A stretch of DNA of 45,520 nucleotides, taken from the NCBI GenBank assembly GCA_046726415.1, contig JBKPAK010000178.1, positions 1 to 45,520 of the forward strand, read 5' to 3'. Under the pieces are notes generated by a model. That model saw only the letters and a program-made list of their open reading frames with translations. It ran no database searches and was not told the origin of the DNA. This document shows, in pieces, positions 28,673 to 37,792 of the stretch. Source of the stretch: Candidatus Methylomirabilota bacterium (GTDB lineage: Bacteria > Methylomirabilota > Methylomirabilia > Rokubacteriales > CSP1-6). Made by a program: the position numbers and the translations under genes. Position 1 is the first letter of the stretch. Every line of letters starts with the position of its first letter.

Positions 28673-30427
28673 TCACTCCCCGCGCGGACCCTCCTTGGCG
28701 AATGGCGACTGGACCTGCCAGAACGGCGCGTCCTCGGTGGTGACCACGTCGAGGACGACGGGCTCCTTGGCACCGGTAATGCGGTCCAGCTCGCCCACCA
28801 AGTCCTTGATCGTCTCGACGCGGATCCCGATGCAGCCCATCGCCTGGGCGATGCGGGCGTGGTCGTTCCGGCCGAGCTCCGAGGCGATGAAGCGATTGCC
28901 GCGGCGGCGCTGGCCGTCCTTCACCCAGCCGAGCACGCTATTGTTCAGCACGACCGTCACCACCGGAATGCGGTACTGGGCCGCGGTCAGGAGCGCGCTC
29001 ATCGTCATGGCGAAGCCCCCGTCGCCGCAGACTGCCACACAGTCGCGCTCCGGGAACGTGAGCTTGGCCCCCATGGCCGCCGGCAGCGCGTATCCCATGC
29101 CTCCGATGGAGGACGGCTGGTAGACGGTCCCGGCGCCCCGGCACTGGAAGTAGTGCGTCATGTAGAGCCGGTTGGCACCCGCGTCCATGGTGACCAGGGC
29201 GCACTCGTCGAGGCGCCGTCCCAGCTCGGTGATCACGCGCTCGGGGCGGAGGGGGACGTCGTCCGACTGTTGCCCGGGCTCGGCAAAGTAGCGATGCAGC
29301 GCCTTCACCTCGCCCAGGTGCTCGCGCCGCCGTCCCCCCGCCTCGCGCACCGCCGCCGTCAGTCGCGGCCTGGTCTCGGCGATCAACGACACGAGGGCCT
29401 CGCGGGCGTCGGCCACGATCGCCGCCGCCACCGGGAAATGACGGCCGATGTTGAGCGGCTCCACGTCGATCTGTAAGAATTTCTGGCGGTCGGGGTCGAG
29501 CAGCTCCGGGTTTTCGAAGCACGTGTCGGTGGGGGCCAGGCGCGAGCCGACGACCAGCACGGTGTCGGCGATGGAGACCACGTGGTTGGCGGCCGCTTGC
29601 CCCCAGTTGCCGAAAACGCCCATGGCGAGGGGATGAATTTCGGCCATGGCGCTCTTCCCCGTCGCCGTGGTCGCCACTGGGATCGATAGCAGGTCGGCCA
29701 GTTCCGCGAGCTCGGCCCAGCCGCGCGAGGCGTGGACCCCGTTGCCGGCGATGATCACGGGACTGGCCGAGGCGAGCAGTGCGTCGGCGATGCGCGTCAC
29801 GTCGGCCGACGCCGGACGAGCGATGCCGTGCGCGAGATGGCGCTCCGTCGCGTGGACACGCGGCGGCCGCTTGGTCTTCACGGTGCCCGCCAGCGAGCGA
29901 CTCCCGAAGACAACCGCCACCGGCCCCGGCGTGCCCGTGGTGGCGTGCTTGATCGCGAGCTGGATCGTCTGCACCGCCTGCTTTGGCTCGGACACGGCCG
30001 CCGTGTACTTGGTGGCACTGGCGAGCAGATTCCGGAGGTCGTGGTTGCCGTGCTCGCCAGTGCCCGCTTGATACGGCGCATGGTGCATGAAGGGCGCCAT
30101 ATCGGTGAAGTCGCCGAGAAGAAGCATCGGAGAGGCGCCCTTCACGGCTTCCAGGGCGCCGAAGAGGGCGTTGCACGCCAGAAAGATCCCCTGGCCCATC
30201 ACCGCGCCCGGCTTGCCCGTGAGCCGGCCGTACATCTCCGCCATGATCGACCCCACCTGCTCGTGGCGGACGAGGATCGTCTGGATCTCGGTGGAGTCGT
30301 ACAGGGCATCGAAGATGCGACCGGTGTCGCCCCCCGGCATGCCGAAGACGAACTGAATGCCCGCCTCCTCGAGCACGCGCACTACGGCATGGGGGACGTC
30401 GAGCTCATCAGGCATCATCGCAGTCAC
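28673..30427 (-). CDS. ThDP-binding enzyme (acetolactate synthase large-subunit-like)
   Basis: VFGMPGG, VRHEQ, GGMGYALPAA, CGDGGF..NN. Confidence 0.9.
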   Translation of the reverse strand: MTAMMPDELDVPHAVVRVLEEAGIQFVFGMPGGDTGRIFDALYDSTEIQTILVRHEQVGSIMAEMYGRLTGKPGAVMGQGIFLACNALFGALEAVKGASPMLLLGDFTDMAPFMHHAPYQAGTGEHGNHDLRNLLASATKYTAAVSEPKQAVQTIQLAIKHATTGTPGPVAVVFGSRSLAGTVKTKRPPRVHATERHLAHGIARPASADVTRIADALLASASPVIIAGNGVHASRGWAELAELADLLSIPVATTATGKSAMAEIHPLAMGVFGNWGQAAANHVVSIADTVLVVGSRLAPTDTCFENPELLDPDRQKFLQIDVEPLNIGRHFPVAAAIVADAREALVSLIAETRPRLTAAVREAGGRRREHLGEVKALHRYFAEPGQQSDDVPLRPERVITELGRRLDECALVTMDAGANRLYMTHYFQCRGAGTVYQPSSIGGMGYALPAAMGAKLTFPERDCVAVCGDGGFAMTMSALLTAAQYRIPVVTVVLNNSVLGWVKDGQRRRGNRFIASELGRNDHARIAQAMGCIGIRVETIKDLVGELDRITGAKEPVVLDVVTTEDAPFWQVQSPFAKEGPRGE

Positions 30428-31503
30428 TGGTTCCGGTAGGCCGCCAGCACCGCGGCGGCCATCTGCTTCGTCGTCGCCGTCCCCCCCTGGTCGGGGGTGA
30501 GCGTCTTGCCGTCGCGGTAGACGCGCGCCACGGCGGCCTCGAGTCGCGCCGACTCGGCGGCCAGTCCCATGTGCTCGAGCATCAGGACCGCCGAGAAGAT
30601 CGTCGCGGTCGGATTCGAAATGCCCTGGCCCGCGATGTCGGGGGCCGACCCGTGGACCGACTCGAAGTAGGCCCAGCCGTTGTCGCCGTGGTTCGCGGAG
30701 GACGCGAGCCCGAGGCCCCCCACCACCTCGCCGGCGATGTCGGAGAGGATGTCGGCATACTGGTTCATACAGACCACGACGTCCATGGCCTTGGGGAAGC
30801 GCACGAGGCGTCGCGCAGCGTCGTCCACGTGGAAGTGCTCGAAGGTGAGGTCGGAGTAGGTGCCGACGATCTCCTCGACGGTCGTGTGGAAGAGTCCATC
30901 GGCCTGTTTGAGGACGTTGGACTTGGTCACGCAGGACACCTTGCCGGAATGACCGCGCGCCGTGCGCTTGCGGGCCAGCTCGCAGGCGAAGCGGGCGATG
31001 CGTTCGGCGCCGGCGCGCGTGACCACCTTGACCGCGAAGCGGCCGTCGCCGTAGCGGTCGAGGCCGCGGCCGAGGTTATCGCGCAGGTTGGGGAGCGCGC
31101 GCTTGAGATCGGCGAGATCGCCTTCCCGACCTGGATAGATTCCCTCGGAGTTCTCGCGGATCACGACGAAGTCGATGCCCTCTGGATCGGTCAGCGGCGA
31201 GTGCATTCCCGCGTAGAACTTCGCGGGCCGGACACCGCCCCAGGCGTCCATCTCCCAGCGCAGCCAGCCGACCACGGCCGACGTCGCCGGACCCGCTGCC
31301 CCGAAGAGGATGCCGTCCGCTTCGCGGCACGCCCTGCGGGTTTCTTCGGGTACGCGCGCCCCCGACGGCGTGGATTCGACCTGGATCGGGGTGAGGATTT
31401 TTACAGGCATGCCGGCGGCGGTCATGATCTCGCAGGTCGCGTCGACGATCTCGACGCCGATGCCTTGTCCAGGCAGCGCAACGACAGTCTTCATGGTGCG
31501 CAT
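30424..31503 (-). CDS. Isocitrate/isopropylmalate dehydrogenase family
   Basis: PGQGIGVE, VIRENSEG, KSNVL, FESVHGSAPDIAGQG. Confidence 0.9.
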   Translation of the reverse strand: MRTMKTVVALPGQGIGVEIVDATCEIMTAAGMPVKILTPIQVESTPSGARVPEETRRACREADGILFGAAGPATSAVVGWLRWEMDAWGGVRPAKFYAGMHSPLTDPEGIDFVVIRENSEGIYPGREGDLADLKRALPNLRDNLGRGLDRYGDGRFAVKVVTRAGAERIARFACELARKRTARGHSGKVSCVTKSNVLKQADGLFHTTVEEIVGTYSDLTFEHFHVDDAARRLVRFPKAMDVVVCMNQYADILSDIAGEVVGGLGLASSANHGDNGWAYFESVHGSAPDIAGQGISNPTATIFSAVLMLEHMGLAAESARLEAAVARVYRDGKTLTPDQGGTATTKQMAAAVLAAYRNQ

Positions 31504-31600
31504 TCCTCCACGGATCTGGCGTGTGTCCTGCGAGGGTAGAGCGAACGTGCGACCCGCGCAACCGCCCGGCGTGGGCAGCGTGCCTCGAGTATCTGGCGCG

Positions 31601-32770
31601 TCATCCGAGGCCCCACAGCTGCTTGCTGGCCAGCCGGGCGCCGTCGCTCAGGGACTTGAGCTTGGCCCAGGCGATGGTCGGGTGGATCTCCATCGAGCCG
31701 GCGAAGGTGGCGAAGCCACAATCGGCACCCGCGATGACGTTTTCGCGTCCGACCACGCTCGCGAATCGCACGATCCGCTCGGCCACTAGCTCCGGGTGCT
31801 CGACGAGGACGGTCGACTGCGTGATGACCCCGGGAATCAGCAGGGTGCCTTCGGGCAGCGTGACGGTCTCCCAGACCCGCCACTCGTGCTCGTGGCGCGG
31901 GTTGGCGGCCTCGAACGAGTAGGCCCCGGCTCGAATCTTCAGAATGATGTCGACGATGTCTTTGAGCTCCATATCGTGGACGCGCGGCCCCATGTTGATG
32001 CCGTAGCAGGTGTGAAAGCGCACGCGGTCCCGCGGGATGTCCCGGAGCGCGTGATTGAGCGCCTCCACGCGCACCTCGGCCCAACGGCGGCATTCCTCGA
32101 CGGTGGAGTTCGGCTCGGCGATGTAGTAGGTCACCAGGCGGGGGTCGTCGATCTGTACGAGGAATCCGGCGTCGACGATGGCCTTGTACTCCTCGTGCAT
32201 GGCCTCGGCGATGGCGAACAAGTACTCCTCATCCGTCTTGTAGTACCGGTTCTTGTGCCAGCCCTCGACATTCGCCGGGGAGATGGCCGGAATGAATGCC
32301 TCCTCGACGCTCGTTCCCGCCAGCGCCGCCTTGAGATTGTCGATATCGGTCTGCACCTGGGCGTGCCCTCGGTACGACACGGGGCCGGTACAGGCGCGAG
32401 GAGCGCCGCGCGCCGCGGCGTTCGCGCTCTGCCGCACGGTCGAGTCGTAGAATTCCGGGAAGGAGGTCGCCTCTTTCGATCCCGCCCACGGCAGCTCGGC
32501 GCGCTCTCCACTCGGCGCGAACCCGGTCAGACGTTCGGCGACGTAGGTCACGAAGCTCGGTTTGCCCATCTCGCCGTCGTCGACGATGTCCAGACCATGC
32601 TCGACCTGCGTGCGGACGACCTCCGCCACGGCGCTGCGGACGCGAGTGGCATAGGTCGCTCGCGCATCGGTTTGGCCACCCGTCCGAGCCCGCAGCATCT
32701 CGAGCAGGTCGGCCGGACGCGGCAAGCTTCCGGCATGGGTCGTGAGAATCCGGCGGCTGCTGCGCTTCAT
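31601..32770 (-). CDS. Cobalamin-independent methionine synthase II family (catalytic domain only)
   Basis: ILTTHAGSLPRP, DGEMGK, FHTCYG, FEAANPRHEHE, ADCGF; start at ATG 32770. Confidence 0.9.
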   Translation of the reverse strand: MKRSSRRILTTHAGSLPRPADLLEMLRARTGGQTDARATYATRVRSAVAEVVRTQVEHGLDIVDDGEMGKPSFVTYVAERLTGFAPSGERAELPWAGSKEATSFPEFYDSTVRQSANAAARGAPRACTGPVSYRGHAQVQTDIDNLKAALAGTSVEEAFIPAISPANVEGWHKNRYYKTDEEYLFAIAEAMHEEYKAIVDAGFLVQIDDPRLVTYYIAEPNSTVEECRRWAEVRVEALNHALRDIPRDRVRFHTCYGINMGPRVHDMELKDIVDIILKIRAGAYSFEAANPRHEHEWRVWETVTLPEGTLLIPGVITQSTVLVEHPELVAERIVRFASVVGRENVIAGADCGFATFAGSMEIHPTIAWAKLKSLSDGARLASKQLWGLG

Positions 32771-32967
32771 GCGCGGGTCACCCGCGCGGCTACCATAGCA
32801 CGGGCTTGAACCCCCTTTGGGTATAGGCACAACGTCTGATTTACCGCGGCGGACATCTTCGGCGACACTAGTCGGCGGCGCCATGACGGGAGCGACCGCG
32901 ATGGGACAGGTTCGTTCACGTGGGCTTCGGCGCGCTGATGTGAACTGGCTGGTGTGAGGAGACGGCC

Positions 32968-33681
32968 ATGGCGATGGCGAACAAGCTCGGGGCGGAGTTG
33001 ATCGGCACGTTCTGGTTGGTCCTGGGGGGGTGCGGGAGCGCCGTTCTGGCCGCCGCGTTTCCCCACGTGGGCATCGGCCTCCTGGGCGTCTCCTTGGCCT
33101 TTGGGCTGACCGTCCTCACGATGGCCTACGCGGTCGGTCACATCTCCGGATGCCACCTGAACCCGGCGGTGTCCGTGGGGCTGTGGGCCGGCGGACGATT
33201 TCCTGCCTCCGATCTTATCCCGTACATCATCGCCCAGGTGGTGGGGGGCACCATAGGAGCGGGCACCGTGTATCTCATCGCGAGCGGCAAGGCTGGATTC
33301 GACGTGGCCAGCGGCCTGGCCTCGAACGGCTACGGGGCCCACTCTCCGGGCGGCTACTCGCTGTTCTCCGGTGCCGTCACCGAAGTGGTCATGACGTTTC
33401 TGTTTCTCATCATCATCCTCGGCGCCACGCACGGGCGCGCGCCGGCCGGTTTCGCGCCGATCGCCATCGGGTTCGGCCTGACCCTGATCCATCTGATCAG
33501 CATCCCCGTCACCAACACGTCGGTGAATCCCGCGCGCAGTACGGGACCGGCGCTCTTCGTCGGGGGCTGGGCCCTGCAGCAGCTGTGGTTGTTCTGGGTC
33601 GGCCCCATCATCGGCGCGCTGCTGGCGGGTGTCGTCTATCGCTGGCTGGGTGGACCGTCGACCGAGGTATCTGGGGCGTAA
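32968..33681 (+). CDS. aqpZ: Aquaporin Z
   Basis: [13 protein letters not shown] and [12 protein letters not shown] boxes; [18 protein letters not shown]. Confidence 0.96.
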   Translation: MAMANKLGAELIGTFWLVLGGCGSAVLAAAFPHVGIGLLGVSLAFGLTVLTMAYAVGHISGCHLNPAVSVGLWAGGRFPASDLIPYIIAQVVGGTIGAGTVYLIASGKAGFDVASGLASNGYGAHSPGGYSLFSGAVTEVVMTFLFLIIILGATHGRAPAGFAPIAIGFGLTLIHLISIPVTNTSVNPARSTGPALFVGGWALQQLWLFWVGPIIGALLAGVVYRWLGGPSTEVSGA

Positions 33682-33715
33682 GCGGGCGCCCTGCCGTCGA
33701 TACTTTCTGCGTGGC

Positions 33716-34114
33716 TCACCGCAGGGTGGTGGGCGGAGGCCCCGTCGGAGGCACCACCGTGAGCCACGATGTGCTGCACCGTTGGACATAGGGGTAGTAC
33801 CCCGCGGGTTCCGGGCAGTAGTACCAGTAGGCGGTCGGGGCCGGCGCCGGGGGCGCCGGCCGGGCCACGACGACGGGCGCCGGCGACGACACCACCATAG
33901 GGGGCACCGGCGCAACGGCGGGAGGAGTGGTCGCCGCGACGGCGGAGCCGACGATGATGAGCGGCGCCGCCACCAGGGCGCTGGCCACGACGAGGGGAGC
34001 GGCCAGGATCGCTACCGGCCAGGGCCAATAGGCACAACCCCAGGCATGCGCCGGGGTGGCCGCCGTGCTGACCAAGAGGACGACCATCAGAAGCGCCGTC
34101 AACAAGGGCTTCAT
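33716..34114 (-). CDS. Exported Pro-rich hypothetical protein with a C-terminal YWYYC..YYPYV..C module
   Basis: Signal peptide ending AHA, Pro/Val-rich linker, YWYYCPEPAGYYPYVQRC; SD GGAGGA before ATG 34114. Confidence 0.75.
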   Translation of the reverse strand: MKPLLTALLMVVLLVSTAATPAHAWGCAYWPWPVAILAAPLVVASALVAAPLIIVGSAVAATTPPAVAPVPPMVVSSPAPVVVARPAPPAPAPTAYWYYCPEPAGYYPYVQRCSTSWLTVVPPTGPPPTTLR

Positions 34115-34349
34115 GTCTTCCTCCTCCCCGCGGGTCTCGACGGCTCCGTCCAGACCAGGGCGGCCAGCGCCAACGCCGCCACCATGAGCATGCTCTGTGT
34201 GGCCGGGCCTGGTCAATTGAGAAGGCTCAACCGGTCGCGCGCGCCGGCATGGGGGCGGACCCGGATGCTTCTGCTTCATGGGGATGTGGCGTAGAGTGGG
34301 CCCCGGGTCGGGTGTGCTGCTCCAGACCTTCACGAACGTGGAGACCGCG

Positions 34350-35093
34350 ATGAAGCCAGTCGTCTACTACAAGCCCGGCTGAAGCTCCTGCGCCAAGACG
34401 AAAGAGTTGCTTTCGTCATGGGGCCTCTCCTTCGACGGGGTCGATCTCGAGCGGTCGCCCGAGCGCTGGGGCGATCTCACGCAGCGCGGGATTCCGAGCT
34501 ATCCCGCCACGATCCTGGGCGAGCGCGCGGTTCATGGATGGAACCCCGCGGCCCTGGCCGAGCTGGTGGGCGTCACCTACGATGCGGCAAAGCGCTTCAG
34601 CGCCCCGGAGCTGGCCGAAAAGCTCGACGCCATCCTGGCCGCCAATCAGCGCGTGCTGCGGCAGATCCCGCCGAGCCAGCTTGGGATGCGACACCCGCTA
34701 CGAGATCGGAGCGTGCGGGATCTCGGATTCCATATCTTCCGCTTGAGCCAGGCCTTCCGCGACTGCCGGGAGCAGGAGCGCTTTCCGGAAACGTGGCTGC
34801 GCGAGGGAGCGCCGACGGAGATGCACGACGGAGAGGCGGTGGCCCAGTATGGCCAGGCGGTGCGCGATCGGCTGGCCCAGTGGTACCTCCGGCCCGCCTG
34901 GTGTGACGGCATCGTGCATACCTACTACGGGTCTCACCCGGCGTTCGAGCTGATGGAGCGGACCACCTGGCACGCCGCTCAGCACCTGCGCCAGATGTAC
35001 TGGTTCCTCGATCAGCTGGGCATTGTCCCCCATGGAAAGCTCACCGATGCGGATCTCGCCGGGCTGCCATTCCCGACGGAGGTGTGGTCGTGA
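34350..35093 (+). CDS. Glutaredoxin-like (UxxC) domain fused to a DinB-like four-helix domain; probable selenoprotein, 247 aa
   Basis: ATG 34350 MKPVVYYKPG-[TGA 34380-34382]-SSCAKTKELLSSWG, in frame with the 228-aa ORF; cis-Pro loop GIPSYP; DinB histidines RSVRDLGFH and WHAAQH. Confidence 0.85.
34384..34424 (+). promoter_or_regulatory. Putative bacterial SECIS hairpin
   Basis: Perfect 8-bp stem GACGAAAG (34397-34404)/CTTTCGTC (34410-34417), loop AGTTG starting 23 nt after UGA with G second; possible lower stem GCTCC/GGGGC. Confidence 0.7.
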
Positions 35094-36196
35094 AGCGCGG
35101 TCGCATCGCCGAGCTCGAGCCGATTCTCGTCGAGGTGCCGTTCAAGCAACCGGTGGCGGGTGTGCACGGCACACGAGCGAACCAGCAGAGCGTGCTCCTT
35201 CGCGTCGTGTTGGACGACGGCGTCGAGGGATGGGGCAATGTGGACCCCACGCCCGGCTACTCCGCGATGAGCGGCCAGGAGGTGTGTGCGACCGTCCACC
35301 AGCTCGCCGCCGCGGTGGTGGGCCTCGACCCGTTCAACATTCACCGCGTGCTGGCCGCGATGGACGCGGCGGTTGAGCATCGATTCGAAGCCAAGGCCTT
35401 GGTGGAGATGGCGCTCTGGGATCTCGAGGGACGCGCGCTGGGCGTTCCGGTGCATCTCCTGCTCGGCGGCCGTCTGCGGGACCAGGTCACGCTGAACGCG
35501 TGGATCGGGACGGTGGCTCCCGAGCAGGCCGCGCGCGAGGCGCTGGACTGGCTGGCCCGCGGGTTCACGACGGCCAAGATCAAGGTCTCGGGTACCGGGC
35601 CCGAGGGGCAAGAGCGCGTGGCCGCTGTGCGGAAGGCGGTGGGCGATCGCATGGCCCTGCGCGTGGACTTCAACGAGAGCCTCCGCGCCGAGGAGGCCAT
35701 CGCCTGCATCGATGCCCTCGAGCCGTACGGTCTCACGCTCGCCGAGCAGCCGCTCCCCCGCGACGACATCGCCGGGCTGGCCGCGATCCGCCGCGCGGTT
35801 CGCACCCCGCTGATGGCGGACGAGAGCGTGCAGGACGAGGCCTCGTTGATGGAAATCATCCGCTGCGGGGCGGCGGACATCGTCAAGGTCAAGGTGATGA
35901 AGCAGGGAGGGCTTCTGCGCACCCTCCGGATGATCGAGATCGCCGCCGCGGCGGGAATTCGCTCGGTGGTCGGGCACGGCTTCGGGCTGTCGCCGAGCAC
36001 ACTGGCCGAGGCCCAGATTGCCGCGTGCAGCGCCGCCGTGCTGCCCGGCTGCGAGGCGGTGGGGCCGCTCAAGATGGCGAGCGACGTCGTCACCGCGCCG
36101 GTCGAGCTCGATCACGGGGTGATCGAGCTCTCCGACGCCCCTGGCCTGGGCTTTGCCATCGACCGCGACGCCGTCAAGCGGCTACGGGTGAGCTGA
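35090..36196 (+). CDS. Mandelate racemase/muconate cycloisomerase (enolase superfamily) protein
   Basis: KIK, RVDFNE, EQP, ADES, KVMKQGG; GTGA overlap with the upstream fusion gene. Confidence 0.9.
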   Translation: MKRGRIAELEPILVEVPFKQPVAGVHGTRANQQSVLLRVVLDDGVEGWGNVDPTPGYSAMSGQEVCATVHQLAAAVVGLDPFNIHRVLAAMDAAVEHRFEAKALVEMALWDLEGRALGVPVHLLLGGRLRDQVTLNAWIGTVAPEQAAREALDWLARGFTTAKIKVSGTGPEGQERVAAVRKAVGDRMALRVDFNESLRAEEAIACIDALEPYGLTLAEQPLPRDDIAGLAAIRRAVRTPLMADESVQDEASLMEIIRCGAADIVKVKVMKQGGLLRTLRMIEIAAAAGIRSVVGHGFGLSPSTLAEAQIAACSAAVLPGCEAVGPLKMASDVVTAPVELDHGVIELSDAPGLGFAIDRDAVKRLRVS

Positions 36197-36258
36197 CCGG
36201 CGCCCTTATGCGAGGGCGCCGGTCACCTCGCCGGTGGCCCAGAACGCGAGTGCGCCCG

Positions 36259-37725
36259 TCACCTGGCCGCTGGCCCTGCCGCCAGTACCTCCGCCGCCTG
36301 CTTTTGCACCGCGGTGCCCTTGAAAAAGTCGGGGTTGACCTCACCCCAGAAGCGCACCGCGTTCGTGAACATGAAGTCGCGAAAGTCGTCGGCGGTGATC
36401 AGCTCGTGCTCGACCAGTTCGTACGCCTCCGGCACGACGTCTTCCATGTCCGGGACGTCGAAGTGGCCGATGTCGGAGCTGAACAGCGCGTTGAGCCGCG
36501 CTTTCATGGGATTGGCGCGGCGGTTGAACGCCCACGCGTTGACGGGGTCGTCGGCCTCGCAGCCGAAGTAGAATCGCGGCACGAACAGCTCGCGGATGTC
36601 TTCCTTGCGCGTGATCTTGCAGCGGAAGTAGTCGTCGAGGTCCTCGATGCCCCCGGTCAGCGTGGAGTTCGAGTCGCCCTCCAGCCCCTCGCCGCGCCGC
36701 ACCGCCTCGACCACCGCCTCGCCCCCGTACTTCTCCGCATAGCGGAGCAGGGCGGCGCGGTCGAGGTTGCTTGGATTGGTGTTCTCGAGCGCCTGGCGGT
36801 TGCGCTTCTCCCAGTGTCCGATGAGGTCGGCGTAGAGCATGCACGCCCAGCCCACGCCCCCTTCGAGAAAGGCGAAGTTGAGATCGGGAAAGCGGCGGGT
36901 GACGCCGCCGAAGAACAACGCCTTGGCCACCGCGTGACCCGCGGAGGCGAAGTGGCCGATGTGGTTGTAGCAGAAGTTCGACGGCGAGTTGCGCAGGAGG
37001 ATCGAGCGCGCGCCATTGTGGAAGCTCGGCGCAATGCGCAGCGCGCGGCACTTTTCCCAGACCGAATCGTAGTCATTGGGGCTGTCGAGGCCGACCACGT
37101 CGTACCATTCGACGAGGCGCGAGACCTCGGGCTGCTCCGCGGCGAGCGCCGGGACCTGACGGCGCATGAGACCGCCGACCATCATCACTTTGTAGCCCAG
37201 CTGCTGCGACGCGAACTCCAGCTCTTCGATGGCCTCCTCCGGCGTGTACATCGGGATGATCGCCGCCGGGATGATGCGGTCCTCGAGCCCCCGGAACTGA
37301 TCGGCGGTGAACACGTTGTAGGCGCGGCAGATGGCCCGGCGCAGCCGGGTGTCCGGCATGCGGTGATAGCCGAGGCCGGCCGTCGGGTAGACGACGCAGA
37401 AGTCGATCCCGAGGTCGTCCAGGCGCTCGTACATGAGGCGCGGCAGCATCGCCGTCGCCCGATCCAGCACGTTGGCGCATGGCGAGCCCCAGAAGGCCTC
37501 CTGAGCCACCCGCCGCCGGGTCCGCTCGGCCAGGGACATCTTGAGCGAGTTAGGGACGCGCTGGCTGGCGATCTCCAGGGCCTCGGCCGCCGCTTCCCCG
37601 CCGATGCGCCTGAACTGCTCGCGCATGATCGGCGAGTACTCGAGCCAATGCCCATCGGCGTCGATGATCGGATGGTTCAGGCGTGAGCGAAGCTTCCGGG
37701 CCTCGGACACTCCATTGCTGCCCAT
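36259..37725 (-). CDS. Amidohydrolase_2 family protein
   Basis: IIDADGH, FAFLEGGVGW, FGCEADD, FSSDIGHFD. Confidence 0.88.
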   Translation of the reverse strand: MGSNGVSEARKLRSRLNHPIIDADGHWLEYSPIMREQFRRIGGEAAAEALEIASQRVPNSLKMSLAERTRRRVAQEAFWGSPCANVLDRATAMLPRLMYERLDDLGIDFCVVYPTAGLGYHRMPDTRLRRAICRAYNVFTADQFRGLEDRIIPAAIIPMYTPEEAIEELEFASQQLGYKVMMVGGLMRRQVPALAAEQPEVSRLVEWYDVVGLDSPNDYDSVWEKCRALRIAPSFHNGARSILLRNSPSNFCYNHIGHFASAGHAVAKALFFGGVTRRFPDLNFAFLEGGVGWACMLYADLIGHWEKRNRQALENTNPSNLDRAALLRYAEKYGGEAVVEAVRRGEGLEGDSNSTLTGGIEDLDDYFRCKITRKEDIRELFVPRFYFGCEADDPVNAWAFNRRANPMKARLNALFSSDIGHFDVPDMEDVVPEAYELVEHELITADDFRDFMFTNAVRFWGEVNPDFFKGTAVQKQAAEVLAAGPAAR

Positions 37726-37792
37726 GCGTGACCTCCCTGCGGCCTTCCCCGGCCGCCGATGTTCGGGACCCCCCTGACGAGGGACACCGACC

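Noticed and set aside
32771-32967. SAM or cobalamin riboswitch upstream of the MetE-like gene
   Set aside because: No recognisable SAM-I/II or B12-box consensus, and the likely -10 box is only about 20 nt from the start codon.
35500-37686. 728-aa plus-strand ORF and similar long alternative-frame or antisense ORFs (23567-25147, 37997-39184, most of 27167-28651)
   Set aside because: Shadow ORFs expected in high-GC DNA; they overlap well-supported genes and lack motifs. Only the last 93 codons of 27167-28651 look like real coding sequence.
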